A stretch of 64,000 nucleotides of DNA from Octopus vulgaris (GCA_951406725.2 OX597842.1:27404001-27468000); one strand, 5' to 3'. Positions 27,061 through 39,994 are shown, numbered from the stretch's first letter. The notes: a model not told the origin generated them from the letters alone. Made by a program: numbers and translations.

Positions 27061-28450
27061 TAAAGTGCTCAGAGGAGGAAAATTTTAAAATCATATCTAT
27101 GTAATAATTTGCTTGTTCGTTCGCCCGTTATACATTAGTTAGAGAGGTGGAGGTAGAGTGAGTGAGAAGTAGAGTAAGGGAGAGAGAGTGGGGGAGGAGT
27201 GAAGAAAGAAGAGAGGGAAAAGTAGAGAAGGTGATTAATATTAATACGCTTAGGCCAAATGGTCACGTGATCAGCTGAATGTAGAGACGAAGAATGAGAG
27301 AGAACAAGAGGGAGGGAAAAGTGTTAATGATGTGTGGTGGGTTGAGGAGAGGATACTTATGACATTGTGAAAACGTTTACTGAAGGGAAAGGCAGATAGA
27401 GAGAGAGAGATGGGCAGGGAAGGCAGTTAAATTGAGAGAGTTGGGCAGGGGAGGCAGTTACATTGAGAGAGGTAGAAGTGGGGGCTGGTAGCAGTGGTGG
27501 TGTTGGGGATGTATTGAGAGTAAAAAGTATTTTTTCGTTGAACTAATTTTGTTTTATATGGAGTGTCGCTTAAAGCCTGCACATGAATGCAATTATTTCA
27601 TCGTCTACACACTTAAAAATTGATATTTGTTTATAAGGATTAACTTAGCCTGAACTATAGATTGACAAGAAACACGGTAACAAGCTTCTCGAGAAAGGAT
27701 GTGAAAATATAGTTCAGGGGTCAGAGGGAAACAGCGAGAAGACATCATAAAAAGGGGAAAGACGACCCCGATGGAGACGTGAGGAAATGAATGGAGATGA
27801 ACGTCAAGAATATTTAAAGAAAGCTAAACTATCAAAATGCAAATCGCCCTTTTTTACATAGGTCCGCTTAATGTTTTCCATTCTGTGGAATTATTACGGG
27901 TCCCACTAATAATATATTATTATAACTGGAAGTGAAATAACTTTACTTAATGAAAATTAAAATGCAAATCATCCCTCCTTTCATCCTTTCGGGGTCGACA
28001 AATTAAGTACCAGTTACACACTGGAGTCGATGTAATCGATGTAATCCATTTGTCTGTCCTTGTTTGTCCCCTCTGTGTTTAGCCCCTTGTGGGTAGTAAA
28101 GAAATAGGTATTTCATCTGCGCTACGTTCTGAGTTCAAATTCCGCCGAGGTCGACTTTGCCTTTCATCCTTTCGGGGTCGACAAATTAAGTACCAGTTAC
28201 GTACTGGGGCCGATGTAATCGACTTAATCCATTTGTCTGTCCTTGTTTGTCCCCTCTATGTTTAGCCACTTGTGGGTAGTAAAGAAATAGGTATTTCATC
28301 TGCGCTACGTTCTGAGTTCAAATTCTGCCGAGGTCGACTTTGCTGAACCCTAATTATTAAGCATTTACCGTGAAATGGTCCTTTTTTCATGCCGAATTCT
28401 ACTTGGTGAAATTATTGATTACTTCTTAATTAATTAATTTTACCCTTTGT

Positions 28451-28493
<43 letters not shown>

Positions 28494-28661
28494 AACACGC
28501 GACAGGTTTCTCTCAGTTTCCGTTTAGTAAATCTACTCATAAGGTATTGGTCAGCCTGTGACTATAGTAGAAGTCCCTTTTCTCAAGGTTCCACAGAGTG
28601 GGACTGAACCCAGTACCATGTGGTTGGGAAGTAAACTTCTCACCTGATTTCTTTATTTCAG

Positions 28662-28910
28662 ATAATGGTGCACTCAATGTAAGCGCTACACTAATGATTG
28701 AAATACCAAACATGCAAAGACCGACCGTTTGGAAATACAACAATTATAAATACGAATGTGATACGACATGCGCTAACAGCCCCGAATACAAAGTGACGCA
28801 GGATGGAGATATATCGACTTTTTGGATCCAAAATGTAATTAAGGAACGATTGACTTGGAAATTTGAAGACGATAATTTGGAATCATCACAATTTGATTTG
28901 AAGATGCACA
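28662..28910 (+). CDS. Gene A Ig-like domain exon D3 (249 nt)
   Basis: ctttatttcag|...CACA|gtaagg; (D)NGALNVSATLMIEIPNMQRPTVWKYNNYKYECDTTCANSPEYKVTQDGDISTFWIQNVIKERLTWKFEDDNLESSQFDLKMH. Confidence 0.87.
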
Positions 28911-29719
28911 GTAAGGAATATTATTTATAATATTAATAATCCTTTCTACTAAGGCAGCAAGCTGGCAGAAACGTTAGTAGGCCGGGCAAAATGCTTAGCA
29001 GTATTTCGTGTGCTGTTACGTTGTGAGTTCAAATTCCGCCGAGGTCGACTTTGCCTTTCATCCTTTCGGGGTCAATTAAATAAGTACCAGTTATGCACTG
29101 GGGTCGATATAGTCGACTTAATCCATTTGTCTGTCCTTGTTTGTCCTCTCTATGTTTTGTCCCTTGTGGGTAGTAAAGAAATAGGTATTTCATCTGTCTC
29201 TGTCACACACAGACAGAAAGAGAGAGAAATCAACAGAAAGTGTCAAGCTTTTAACAAATTTCCATAGGAAGTGGTTTTCCGAAGTTTTAGACATTTTTTC
29301 TTCAGGGAACAAGACTAAAATAACGAGAAATACGGAAGAGATTAACATCCTATAAGTTAGAAAGAAAACTGATTGTTTTTATTTAATTTCACTCCTGTCA
29401 ACTTCTTCCTGTACAAGGACTCTCTCCGAAAAGTTGGATTTTCCACTCACCATGGTCATTTCGCCGTACACTTTCCATTCATTACAAGTAGACAAGAGAC
29501 GCCTTTCCAATGCAGACCATCACCAATGTCTTTGAATTCTGTGAAGGCATTCAACCACATGTTCAATGCATTCACTCAAACTGCCGCTGTATATAATGTG
29601 TAATTCTATTTACAAATGATAATTATTATTATTTAATTATTCTAACATAAATTGCAATCAATCCTGTTGATTAAATGTAAAATGTGAAAATCTAAAAGTT
29701 TTCTTTTCTTCTTTTCCAG

Positions 29720-29758
29720 GTTTGGCAAGAAGAGAAAGTTACAATATTACTCAAAGTG
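29720..29758 (+). CDS. Gene A micro-exon S3 (39 nt): (S)LARRESYNITQS
   Basis: cttcttttccag|...AGTG|gtaaat; phase 1-1. Confidence 0.8.
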
Positions 29759-30454
29759 GTAAATGGATCAACAAACCTTTTTCTCCTTTTAAACTAGAAA
29801 TTGTCTTTTCAATTCCGTTTCTTTACTTAACTCAGTTTTTAGCCACTTTTTTAAAAAAACTTTTTCCAATCAGATCAATTTCATTTAACATCACAAAAAA
29901 AATACAAGCATGGAAAAGTGGACGTTAGAATGTTGTTGACGATGATGACGATGACGATTGATGAGGCAATTGATGATGATTGATTGACGATGATTGATGA
30001 TGATGATTGATGATGATGATTGATGATGATGATTGATGATTAATGATGATTGATGGTGATTGAGTTGGATAATTATTAAGGATCCGACAGGCTGCAGGAC
30101 TTTGACAAGATCCAATGACTGAGGAGAGGGAGAGATAACTGAAGGGAGAGAAAGGATGCGACCAGTGAAGACAGTGCAGGAAGGGAAGAGGACATAATGG
30201 AAATAAGGGATGAAGTTGTTCTGGCAGGGTGGATGGGGTTGGGGGGAAAATAAACGGTAAGGGAGAGAAAATGGCAAGGAGTGATATGTGACGATTCTGG
30301 TTCCAAATGAATACAACACCTGAGTAGTGCCATTGACAGATGAGTGATGGGGAACTGGGTGTTAAGGGAACGAGATGTGGGGAAAGCTTGATGAGGGAGA
30401 AGAATAGTTTACAAGCATAAAGAAAATGCATTTTGGACATCATCTTTTACTAGG

Positions 30455-30730
30455 ATGGACGATTCTTCTCAATCATTGTGTTTTGTCAATCATCTCAGTC
30501 TTTTGTCATCTCCTCTTGAGTTCAGCCTTCACCGCTTTATCCCATGTCTTCCTGGGTCTCCCTCTTCAACAAGTTCCATCCACTTAAAGCACTTCTTTAA
30601 ACAGCTGCCCTCATCCTTATGCATCACATCACGAAACCATTGCAGACTCCTTTTTCCGTAGCCTTCATCTGTTCTCTCTTTTGCCTAAATTTTCTCTTGA
30701 TACTTTAACACTTTCTTTTGTATGTACACT
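30455..30730 (-). pseudogene. Degenerate RTE-clade LINE 3' fragment (duplicated at 32045-32320; related relic ~62230-62450)
   Basis: Reverse strand reads ..LQWFRDVMHKDEGSCLKKC.. with a frameshifted GRPRKTW-like motif typical of RTE C-termini. Confidence 0.55.
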
Positions 30731-31266
30731 GTGGAAGCACATGACCTAGTGGTTAGAGCAGGGTTCGAATCTCAGACCGGGCGATGTGTGTGTTTATGAG
30801 TGAAACACCTAAGCTCCACGCGGTTCCGGCAGAAGATAATGGCGAAACTTCTGCTGACTCTTTTGCCACAACTTTCTCTCACTCTTTCCTCCTGCATCTT
30901 GCAGCTCACCTGTGACGGACTAGCAACCCGTCCAGGTGGGAACCTATACGCAAAGAAACCGGGAAACCGAACCTTATGAGCCAGGCATGGCTCGAGAAGG
31001 AACAAACAAGTATGTACACAGGTATTGCACATCCAAAGGAGCACACTAGCTTTATTCCTCTCTATTGTTTATATGTTCTCTGCATTTAGGGCCCATCTCT
31101 CACTATCATGTAGCTTTGCTCTTCATACACGAACATCATACAATGTGTAATTCTATTTACAAATGATAATTATTATTATTTAATTATTCTAACATAAATT
31201 GCAATCAATCCTGTTGATTAAATGTAAAATGTGAAAATCTAAAAGTTTTCTTTTCTTCTTTTCCAG

Positions 31267-31305
31267 GTTTGGCAAGAAGAGAAAGTTACAATATTACTCA
31301 AAGTG
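31267..31305 (+). CDS. Gene A micro-exon S3' (identical duplicate of S3)
   Basis: Identical 39 nt and identical splice sites to 29720-29758. Confidence 0.7.
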
Positions 31306-33424
31306 GTAAATGGATCAACAAACCTTTTTTCTCCTTTTAAACTAGAAATTGTCTTTTCAATTCCGTTTCTTTACTTAACTCAGTTTTTAGCCACTTTTTT
31401 AAAAAAACTTTTTCCAATCACCTCAATTTCATTTAACATCACAAAAAAATACAAGCATGGAAAAGTGGACGTTAGAATGTTGTTGATGATGATGACGATG
31501 ACGATTGATGATGCAATTGATGATGATTGATTGATTGATGATTGATGATGATGATTGATGATTGATGATTGATGATTGATGATGATGATGAGGATGATGA
31601 TGATTGATGATGATGGTGATGATTGATGATTGATGATGATTGATGGTGATTGTATTGGCTAATTATTAAGGATCCGACAGGCTGCAGGACTTTGACAAGA
31701 TCCAATGACTGAGGAGAGGGAGAGATAACTGAAGGGAGAGAAAGGATGCGACCAGTGAAGACAGTGCAGGAAGGGAAGAGGACATAATGGAAATAAGGGA
31801 TGAAGTTGTTCTGGCAGGGTGGATGGGGTTGGGGGGAAAATAAACGGTAAGGGAGAGAAAATGGCAAGGAGTGATATGTGACGATTCTGGTTCCAAATGA
31901 ATACAACACCTGAGTAGTGCCATTGACAGATGAGTGATGGGGAACTGGGTGTTAAGGGAACGAGATGTGGGGAAAGCTTGATGAGGGAGAAGAATAGTTT
32001 ACAAGCATAAACAGAATGCATTTTGGACATCATCTTTTACTGGGATGGACGATTCTTCTCAATCATTGTGTTTTGTCAATCATCTCAGTCTTTTGTCATC
32101 TCCTCTTGAGTTCAGCCTTCACCGCTTTATCCCATGTCTTCCTGGGTCTCCCTCTTCAACAAGTTCCATCCACTTAAAGCACTTCTTTAAACAGCTGCCC
32201 TCATCCTTATGCATCACATCACGAAACCATTGCAGACTCCTTTTTCCGTAGCCTTCATCTGTTCTCTCTTTTGCCTAAATTTTCTCTTGATACTTTAACA
32301 CTTTCTTTTGTATGTACACTGTGGAAGCACATGGCCTAGTGGTTAGAGAAGCAGACACGCGGTCGAGGGATCGCGGGTTCGAATCTCAGACCGGGCGATG
32401 TGTGTGTTTATGAGTGAAACACCTAAGCTCCACGCGGTTCCGGCAGAAGATAATGGCGAAACTTCTGCTGACTCTTTTGCCACAACTTTCTCTCACTCTT
32501 TCCTCCTGCATCTTGCAGCTCACCTGTGACGGACTGGCAACCCGTCCAGATGGGGAACCTATACGCAAAGAAACCGGGAAACCGAACCTTATGAGCCAGG
32601 CATGGCTCGAGAAGGAACAAACATGTATGTACACTGGTATTGCACATCCAAAGGAGCACACTAGCTTTATTCCTCTCTATTGTTTATATGTTCTCTGCAT
32701 TTAGGGCCCATCTCTCACTATCATGTAGCTTTGCTCTTCATACACGAACATCATACAATGTGCCTTTCACTTTGAGGGAACTTATGTTGTCCAAGCTGCT
32801 TGCTTCTTCAGAGACGACCGTATCATGTCAAAAGCTTTTTCCAGGAAACGAATACCAAATGCAATGATTTTAGCTAAATTCATCTCTTGCAGTTGTTTTA
32901 CTCAGTAGATGGCAGCAGTAGCCCTTCTTCCTGGCAGAAAATCAAACTGCATCTCATCTAGTCTAATTCTGTTTCTAATTAATTATAACTTTCTTGACCT
33001 GGTCAATCAATTTTAAGGCCTCTCCTTTATGCTTGTAACATCTGACTACAACTTGATTTCCTTCTCAAGCGATGCCAGGCTCATAAGGGCCAGTTTCCTG
33101 GTTTCAGTGGCATAGAAATTTCTGTTCAACTTGATTAACATTATGGGTGACAAGGGTGTATCTTAGTCTGCACAATCTTAGTAAACAAAAGGCTCGTTTA
33201 TATGGGGTCGTTTGTTTCCAGTTTACTAGGTAACACATGACTTGAGTCTTTGCTATTCAATAGATTGGGATATTAGGACATGAAGAGCATCGAATTGTAC
33301 ACAAAGTAAATGCTGCTCCCAAGTAGCGAAAAGTAGGTGTTAAAATGGCAATGATGAAAAAAACAACCTGAAATTTTTCATATGGTTAACCAATCACTAA
33401 TGTTGATTTATCTTTTTACTTTAG

Positions 33425-33673
33425 AACCAGTTGCTTTAGGAGGCAGTGTCACACTTCATATTGAAGTAGCCGAGATGACAGGAATTGTTTTCTGGAAAAA
33501 CAACAACGGTAGATATGAATGTAACCCGACTTGTTATAATTACGGTAACCATGAAGTTACACGAGATGGTAGCAAATCTACTCTTTCGATCCGAATGGTA
33601 TCAGAACAAGATTTCACTTGGCGTTTTTGTGACTTGTATCTCTGCTCTGCAAAATATACCTTAATGACAAAAG
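33425..33673 (+). CDS. Gene A membrane-proximal Ig-like domain exon D4 (249 nt)
   Basis: tctttttactttag|...AAAG|gtaagg; (E)PVALGGSVTLHIEVAEMTGIVFWKNNNGRYECNPTCYNYGNHEVTRDGSKSTLSIRMVSEQDFTWRFCDLYLCSAKYTLMTK. Confidence 0.87.
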
Positions 33674-33692
33674 GTAAGGAAATTACTTTTGC

Positions 33693-33738
<46 letters not shown>

Positions 33739-33770
33739 GATGATGATGGATGATGATGATAATAATAATG

Positions 33771-33828
<58 letters not shown>

Positions 33829-34084
33829 TAAAAATAATAATAATTAAAATAATAATAGTTCTTTCTAATTATGGCACAAGGTTAGGAATTTCATGTGGAA
33901 GACGTCCTTTGATTACATTAATTTGATTATATTTAGTCGGTCCTTTATTTCATGAACCCCAAAGGAATGAAAGGCAAAGCTGACCTTAGCAGTATTTGAA
34001 CTCAGGACAGAAAGAGTCAGAAGAAATTCCACTGAACATTTTTTTCTGGTGCAGCAACAAATCTCCCAGCTCACAACCTCAATG

Positions 34085-34136
<52 letters not shown>

Positions 34137-34147
34137 TAACAATAATA

Positions 34148-34704
34148 AATGCCCTGATGCAGTACCAGGCAGTGGCTCTCATGGCTGCTAATCTTAACTG
34201 ATTGGAAGTGTTATCATGTACATTGTTTTGTCTTGGTATAAAAGATGGGCTACAGCAAATATTCTGCTCAATACCACAGATTTGCTTGTCAGTTGTTTGA
34301 TCTTAACCAGTTGAGCGTGTCCCTTAGTGGCTGACGATATGTGCATCTCTGATCACGAGCAGAAGTAGTGGGGGAGCATCATAGCCATGTGTTGAGAGGG
34401 ATTCTTTGGGGTTTGAATAGTTCACCTCTGGAAACATGGGTGGTTCTTTCAACATCCTTAAACAACCCTTATTCAGGGACCTTTTAAGCGGGATGGGCTA
34501 CTCGACCTGAAGAAAATTCTAACTGGGCCCCACCTGCAAGGTCATGTGCTGTTTATCTTGATATGATATCACCATGTCGTGTTCATATGGTTGTGATCCA
34601 TGTGCCTAGTGTACCATTATCAGACGGGTAGTCATGATGGGTATACTGAGCTTCGTATATTTTACCCCAGTGTCACTTTGATGGCATGCACTGCTCTCTC
34701 ACTC
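34148..34704. mobile_element. ~555 bp non-coding insertion inside a (TAA)n tract
   Basis: Complex, GC-richer sequence bounded on both sides by (TAA)n; no ORF. Confidence 0.5.
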
Positions 34705-34745
<41 letters not shown>

Positions 34746-35372
34746 CAACAACCTCAGTGCAAATTTTTTATAATACTTCAGCAAATTCAAAGTTTGTATC
34801 ACATAGCATTGCTGTTCATATACAGGCATCATACAATGTGACTTTCACTCTGAGAGAACACAACCCATCGCCTGGTACAGGAATCGAAACCACAATATTA
34901 CGATCACGAGTCCAACACCCTAACCATTAAGCCACGTGCCTCCACCTAGTGCTATATAACCCTTCTAAATAATCGCCTCATCTGTTGACCTTACATTTTT
35001 GTGTTAGAAAGAAGAAATTTAATCCCCGTTGCTAATGCAACATAACCTTTCTAAATGATGGATTAATCTGAAGGGGAACATCTAATCATTTAGACACAAT
35101 AATCTGGGATATTGGTGTGTGTGTTGATCCTTTTCTTACCATATTTCTGCTGAAATGCATTGCCTTTGTTTCAATAAATTTTGGAAATGATAAAGAATTT
35201 AACCTTATCATTACTAAACTATTGTTTGGAACATAAGGAAGGTTTTCTTTGGATCTCTTCAAAATTGAGGATTTGTACACTAGAAACAAAAGCAATTTTA
35301 AGCAGGATGGTATGAAAAGGGTTCAACCTGGCTGATGTTACTATTTTTTTTAAAATTAAAAACAAAAAGTAT

Positions 35373-35571
35373 ATGACGTATATTTGCCATTTAAATATGG
35401 CTAACCCCTAAGGGTGGATGCTACTGTAGCTTGTAGCCCCAGGAGGACACCTCCTCCAGCTGGCTATAGACACACTGGCTACAGCTGGAGGAGGTGTCCT
35501 CCTGGGGCTACAAACTACAGTAGCATCCACCCTTAGGGGTTAGTCATATTTAAACGGCAAATATACGTCAT
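35373..35571. repeat. Near-perfect palindrome (90 bp arms, 19 nt loop), MITE-like
   Basis: 35373-35462 pairs with 35482-35571 with three mismatches. Confidence 0.92.
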
Positions 35572-35655
35572 GATGTGTTGTAGCTACTGTTCATAACTCA
35601 CTCTGAGATTTATTATTGATTAAAAAGTATATGTTTTACTGTTCATCTTTTGCAG

Positions 35656-35906
35656 GTGAAGAAACAGAAACAACGACAACAAAAGATGCCGAAACAACAA
35701 CAACAAAAGATGCCGAAACAACAACAACAAAAGATGCTGAAACTAATGGATCAGGAGACAGCTTACCAACCTATGCCTATGTCTTAATTTTCATATCTGT
35801 ATTTGTAGCCATCGTTATCATAGTCTTCGTTGTCATATTCAAAAGCAAGTCTTGCATTAAGGTCAAAACTTCTATCACCAAGTACATATCTTGTAAGAAA
35901 GGCTAG
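35656..35906 (+). CDS. Gene A terminal coding exon: Thr-rich stalk (ETTTTKDA)x3, TM helix, 21-aa basic cytoplasmic tail
   Basis: catcttttgcag|GT GAA GAA... phase 1; GEETETTTTKDAETTTTKDAETTTTKDAETNGSGDSLPT-YAYVLIFISVFVAIVIIVFVVIF-KSKSCIKVKTSITKYISCKKG*. Confidence 0.88.
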
Positions 35907-37524
35907 GAATGATATTGGCCAACCTTACTACTGACTTTCACTGATCCGGGTAGAATAGTTGGTTTTTGCATAAACTACCTCCATATTTTATGTAACATCA
36001 TCATCATCGTTGGTTTGGCATCACCTTTTCCAAAACTCTGCTCCATCTTACTCCTGCTTGTCCAATACAAGCATGGAAAAGTGGACGTTAGAATGTTGTT
36101 GTTGATGATGAAGACGATGATATGCGATTGATGATGATTGATGGTGATGACTTATGATTGATGATGATGATGATTGATGGTGATGACTGATGGTTGATGA
36201 TTGATGATGAGGATTGGTGATGAGTGATGATGATGATGATTGATGATGAGGATTGGTAATGAGTGATGATGATGATGATGCGATTGATGATGACTTCTAC
36301 TGAAACATTGTGCTTTTGTTTCAATCATTTTTGAAACTGGTGAAGAATTTCGTAAAATAGCTTTACCATTATCAATCTGGTGTTTGGAACATAAATTAAC
36401 ATATGCTAAACATAAATTAACATATGCTAAACATAAATTAACATATACTAAACATAAATTAAGAGGAAATTTTGAATGGAAGGTTTTAATTTCGATTACT
36501 TTAACCCTTTTGTTACCATAATTCTTGTCCTTTACAGGTGCCGGTGCCAAGTAAAATGCACTAATGCTGGTGCTTTGCAAACGCATTCATGCCAGTGGCA
36601 CGTGAAAAGCACACAGCATATTCTGTAGAGTGTTGGTGCTAGGAAAAGGCGGCGAGCTGGCAGAATTGGTAGTACGCTGGACGAAATGCTTAGCAGTATT
36701 TCATCTGCCTTAAATTTCGAGACCTCTACCGTAACAAATGCTTGTGTGTGTTACCAAGAAATTTATAGAGAGTGAAAAGAAAAAGAGACTTCTAAGCAAA
36801 CAATTCTAGACTTGTGTTTTAAAGAAATCTACAAGTCCGTCTACGAGTGCTTGTGAATCGGTGAACACATTTTCAAGTGATGGCGTGCGTGAGTCTAATG
36901 CGAGTGACAGTGATTCAGAAAACAATTCTACTAATAATATTTTTTATCATAAATGATCTCTCAATATATTTTTACTTTAAATAAAATATTCTTTACATTC
37001 TGCAGTTGTTTTATTGTCATTTATTTTCGAGTATTACAAATTTTATGGATAAAATATTTTTCTGGGAACGAATTACGACTTACAACATTGCTATTATGGG
37101 AAATTATGGCACCGTTTTGCGAGTTTTCGCTTTACGAGCGATCTCTGGGAACAAATTAACTTGTATATCGAGGCATTACTGTATATACCTCCCTACCTCC
37201 CTACATTCATACATACATACATAATACTTACATACATAATACATACATGCATACACACAGACATATATATACACACACACAAACAACATATGCCACGCAT
37301 CCTCTTCCAAGTGAGTTTTGTATATATATATATATATATATATGTATGAATGTATGTATGTATGCGTATATATATATACATACATATATATATATACATC
37401 TACAAGAGATCTGGGTTCAAGTCCCATGGCTAGTTGTTGACAAATTTTTAAATGGCGGTGCCCCAACATGGCCACAGCATGGCCACAGCGCATGAGCTGA
37501 AATTAGATGGAATGAAATGGAAAA

Positions 37525-37568
37525 AATATATATATAAATATGTATATATATATATGTGTGAGTGTATG

Positions 37569-37661
<93 letters not shown>

Positions 37662-37884
37662 GTATATATATATGTATATATATATGTATATATATATGTA
37701 TATATATATATATATATATGTATATGTATATGTATATGTATATATATGTATATGTATATATATATATATTATATGTATATGTATATGTATATATATATGT
37801 ATATGTATATATATATATATGTATATATATATGTATATATATATGTATATATATATGTATATGTATATATATATGTATATGTAT

Positions 37885-37918
<34 letters not shown>

Positions 37919-37928
37919 GTATATGTAT

Positions 37929-37996
<68 letters not shown>

Positions 37997-38027
37997 GTAT
38001 ATATATATGTATATATATATGTATATG

Positions 38028-38060
<33 letters not shown>

Positions 38061-38840
38061 GTATATCGATTTTTCACCCTCATTTATAATTTTATAAATT
38101 TAACTACGCGGCAGTCAATATTTTATTTGATGCGGCATACGTTTCCAATGGAGTCTAGGCATGCTTTTGGCGCGGAATTTGAGACATAACTAAAAATGTA
38201 ATTGGTTGGACCGCTCGTGTTTTTGACGCTCGAATCGATCTAATTAATTGCATTTCTGACAAACTCTACCGAAGATTTATAGATGTAAGTGTAAGTAAAA
38301 CTACATATTACATTAGTAATGAAACAATTGTATAGAGTCAATCTATTTTATTCGTTGTATTTCACTTTCCTTCCGCTAAATGTATGTTGATTCTAGTTGG
38401 AAACAGATCTTCTGTGGTTGCTTCGGAGCTATTTTTAGCACTAGAGTTATCCACATAGTGGATAACTCTCTAATAATTTATGTATATGTATATATATATG
38501 TATATATATATGTATATGTATATATATATGTATATATATATGTATATGTATATATATATGTATATGTATATATATATGTATATATATATGTATATGTATA
38601 TATATATGTATATATATATGTATATGTATATATATATGTATATATATATGTATATGTATATATATATGTATATATATATGTATATGTATATATATATGTA
38701 TATATATATGTATATGTATATATATATGTATATATATGTATATGTATATGTATATATATATGTATATATATATGTATATATATATGTATATATATATGTA
38801 TATATATATGTATATATATATGTATATATATATGTATATG
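37525..38840. repeat. (TA)n/(TATATG)n microsatellite tracts (37525-38066, 38478-38840); similar tracts at 19600-20945, 41465-42750 and 44860-48085
   Basis: Direct reading. Confidence 0.95.
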
Positions 38841-39689
38841 AATTAATCTTCTCTCTTCGCTCTTATACGCCATTTGGTCTCAACTCTCCCTCCCTCCTCA
38901 TCTAACCCCCCTCTCCCCCCTCCTCACCTATCCTTTCTCCCCTCGACCCCTACTTCTTCAGTCCTTCATCCTTTCACCCCTACTCCCCTTCCCTTCTTCC
39001 CTCTTTCTCCCTCCCTCGTCCCCTTCCCTCTGCTCCCTCACTCCCTCTCTCCCCCTCTCCCTCTTTCCTCCTTCATCCCCCTCCTCCCCTTCCTTCTCCC
39101 CATCCTCTCCTCTTCCCCCTTCTCCTCCCCCTCTTCTTCACCTCGCCTTCTCTCCCCCTCTTCTCCCCCTCCCCTCTTCTCCTCACTACACCACATGACT
39201 TTACACATCACATCACATATGATGTGCCATACTAATACACACACCAACTAATACATACTAATACGTACTAATACATACCAGTACATACTAATACTTACAC
39301 CAACCCTATACATACACACGTCCAGACCCCGCATACACACTTATACTCTCTCACACACACACACACACACCTATACATACCAATACGTACTAATACATAC
39401 TAATACATACTAATACATACACCAACCCCATACATACGCACGTCCAAACCAATCTTACGCACTAATACTCTCTCATACACACACACACACACACACCCTT
39501 ATACATACTAATACATACACCAACCCTATACATACACACATCCAGACCCCTCCCACGCACTTTTAGCTGGTCCCTAAACCCTTTTATCAACCCTATTATC
39601 TCCCCTTATTTCGCTCTCGCGTCTCATGTTTGATCTTTGACCTCTGGCCGAAATCAGATCGCCATGTTGATTCGTTAGCTACTGCACGC

Positions 39690-39868
39690 ATTTTTTTCTC
39701 TCCTTCTTTCTGTGTTTTTCTCTCTCTGTGTATCTTTCTGTTGAAGAGCGTAGGCTCGAAACGTTAAAGACTTGTTTTATTTATATTTCCTGAGCGCCAT
39801 ACTAATACAATTGTTCGTTTGTTTTCCACCTGCCTTCGTCTTTTGTTTATTTTCATAAAGCTTCCCGT

Positions 39869-39870
<2 letters not shown>
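39690..39870 (+). mobile_element. Short repeat with a hammerhead-like motif, probable Penelope-like relic (inverse copy 46480-46670; related 48085-48290)
   Basis: ctgttgaagagcgtaggctcgaaacgtt at 39738-39765; the reverse-complement copy at 46480-46670 is clearly the same family; all copies abut (TA)n. Confidence 0.5.
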
Positions 39871-39917
<47 letters not shown>

Positions 39918-39928
39918 GTATATATATG

Positions 39929-39994
<66 letters not shown>

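Larger units (their letters stand above)
29594..32762 (+). repeat. Direct tandem duplication (~1.55-1.6 kb unit) containing micro-exon S3, a (GAT)n tract, an RTE relic and a SINE C
   Basis: 29594-31140 is nearly identical to 31141-32762; the junctions share aatgtg microhomology. Confidence 0.92.

Noticed and set aside
29891-30443. Ser/His/Ile-rich minus-strand ORFs (also 31472-32033 and 36088-36586)
   Set aside because: Derived from (GAT)n tails and purine-rich low-complexity sequence.
35880-35906. ER-retrieval dilysine or ITIM in the gene A tail
   Set aside because: CKKG* puts Lys at -3/-2, not -3/-4 or -3/-5; TKYISC does not fit the ITIM consensus.
38874-39251. Pro/Ser/Leu-rich ORF
   Set aside because: Polypyrimidine low-complexity tract with no splice or homology support.
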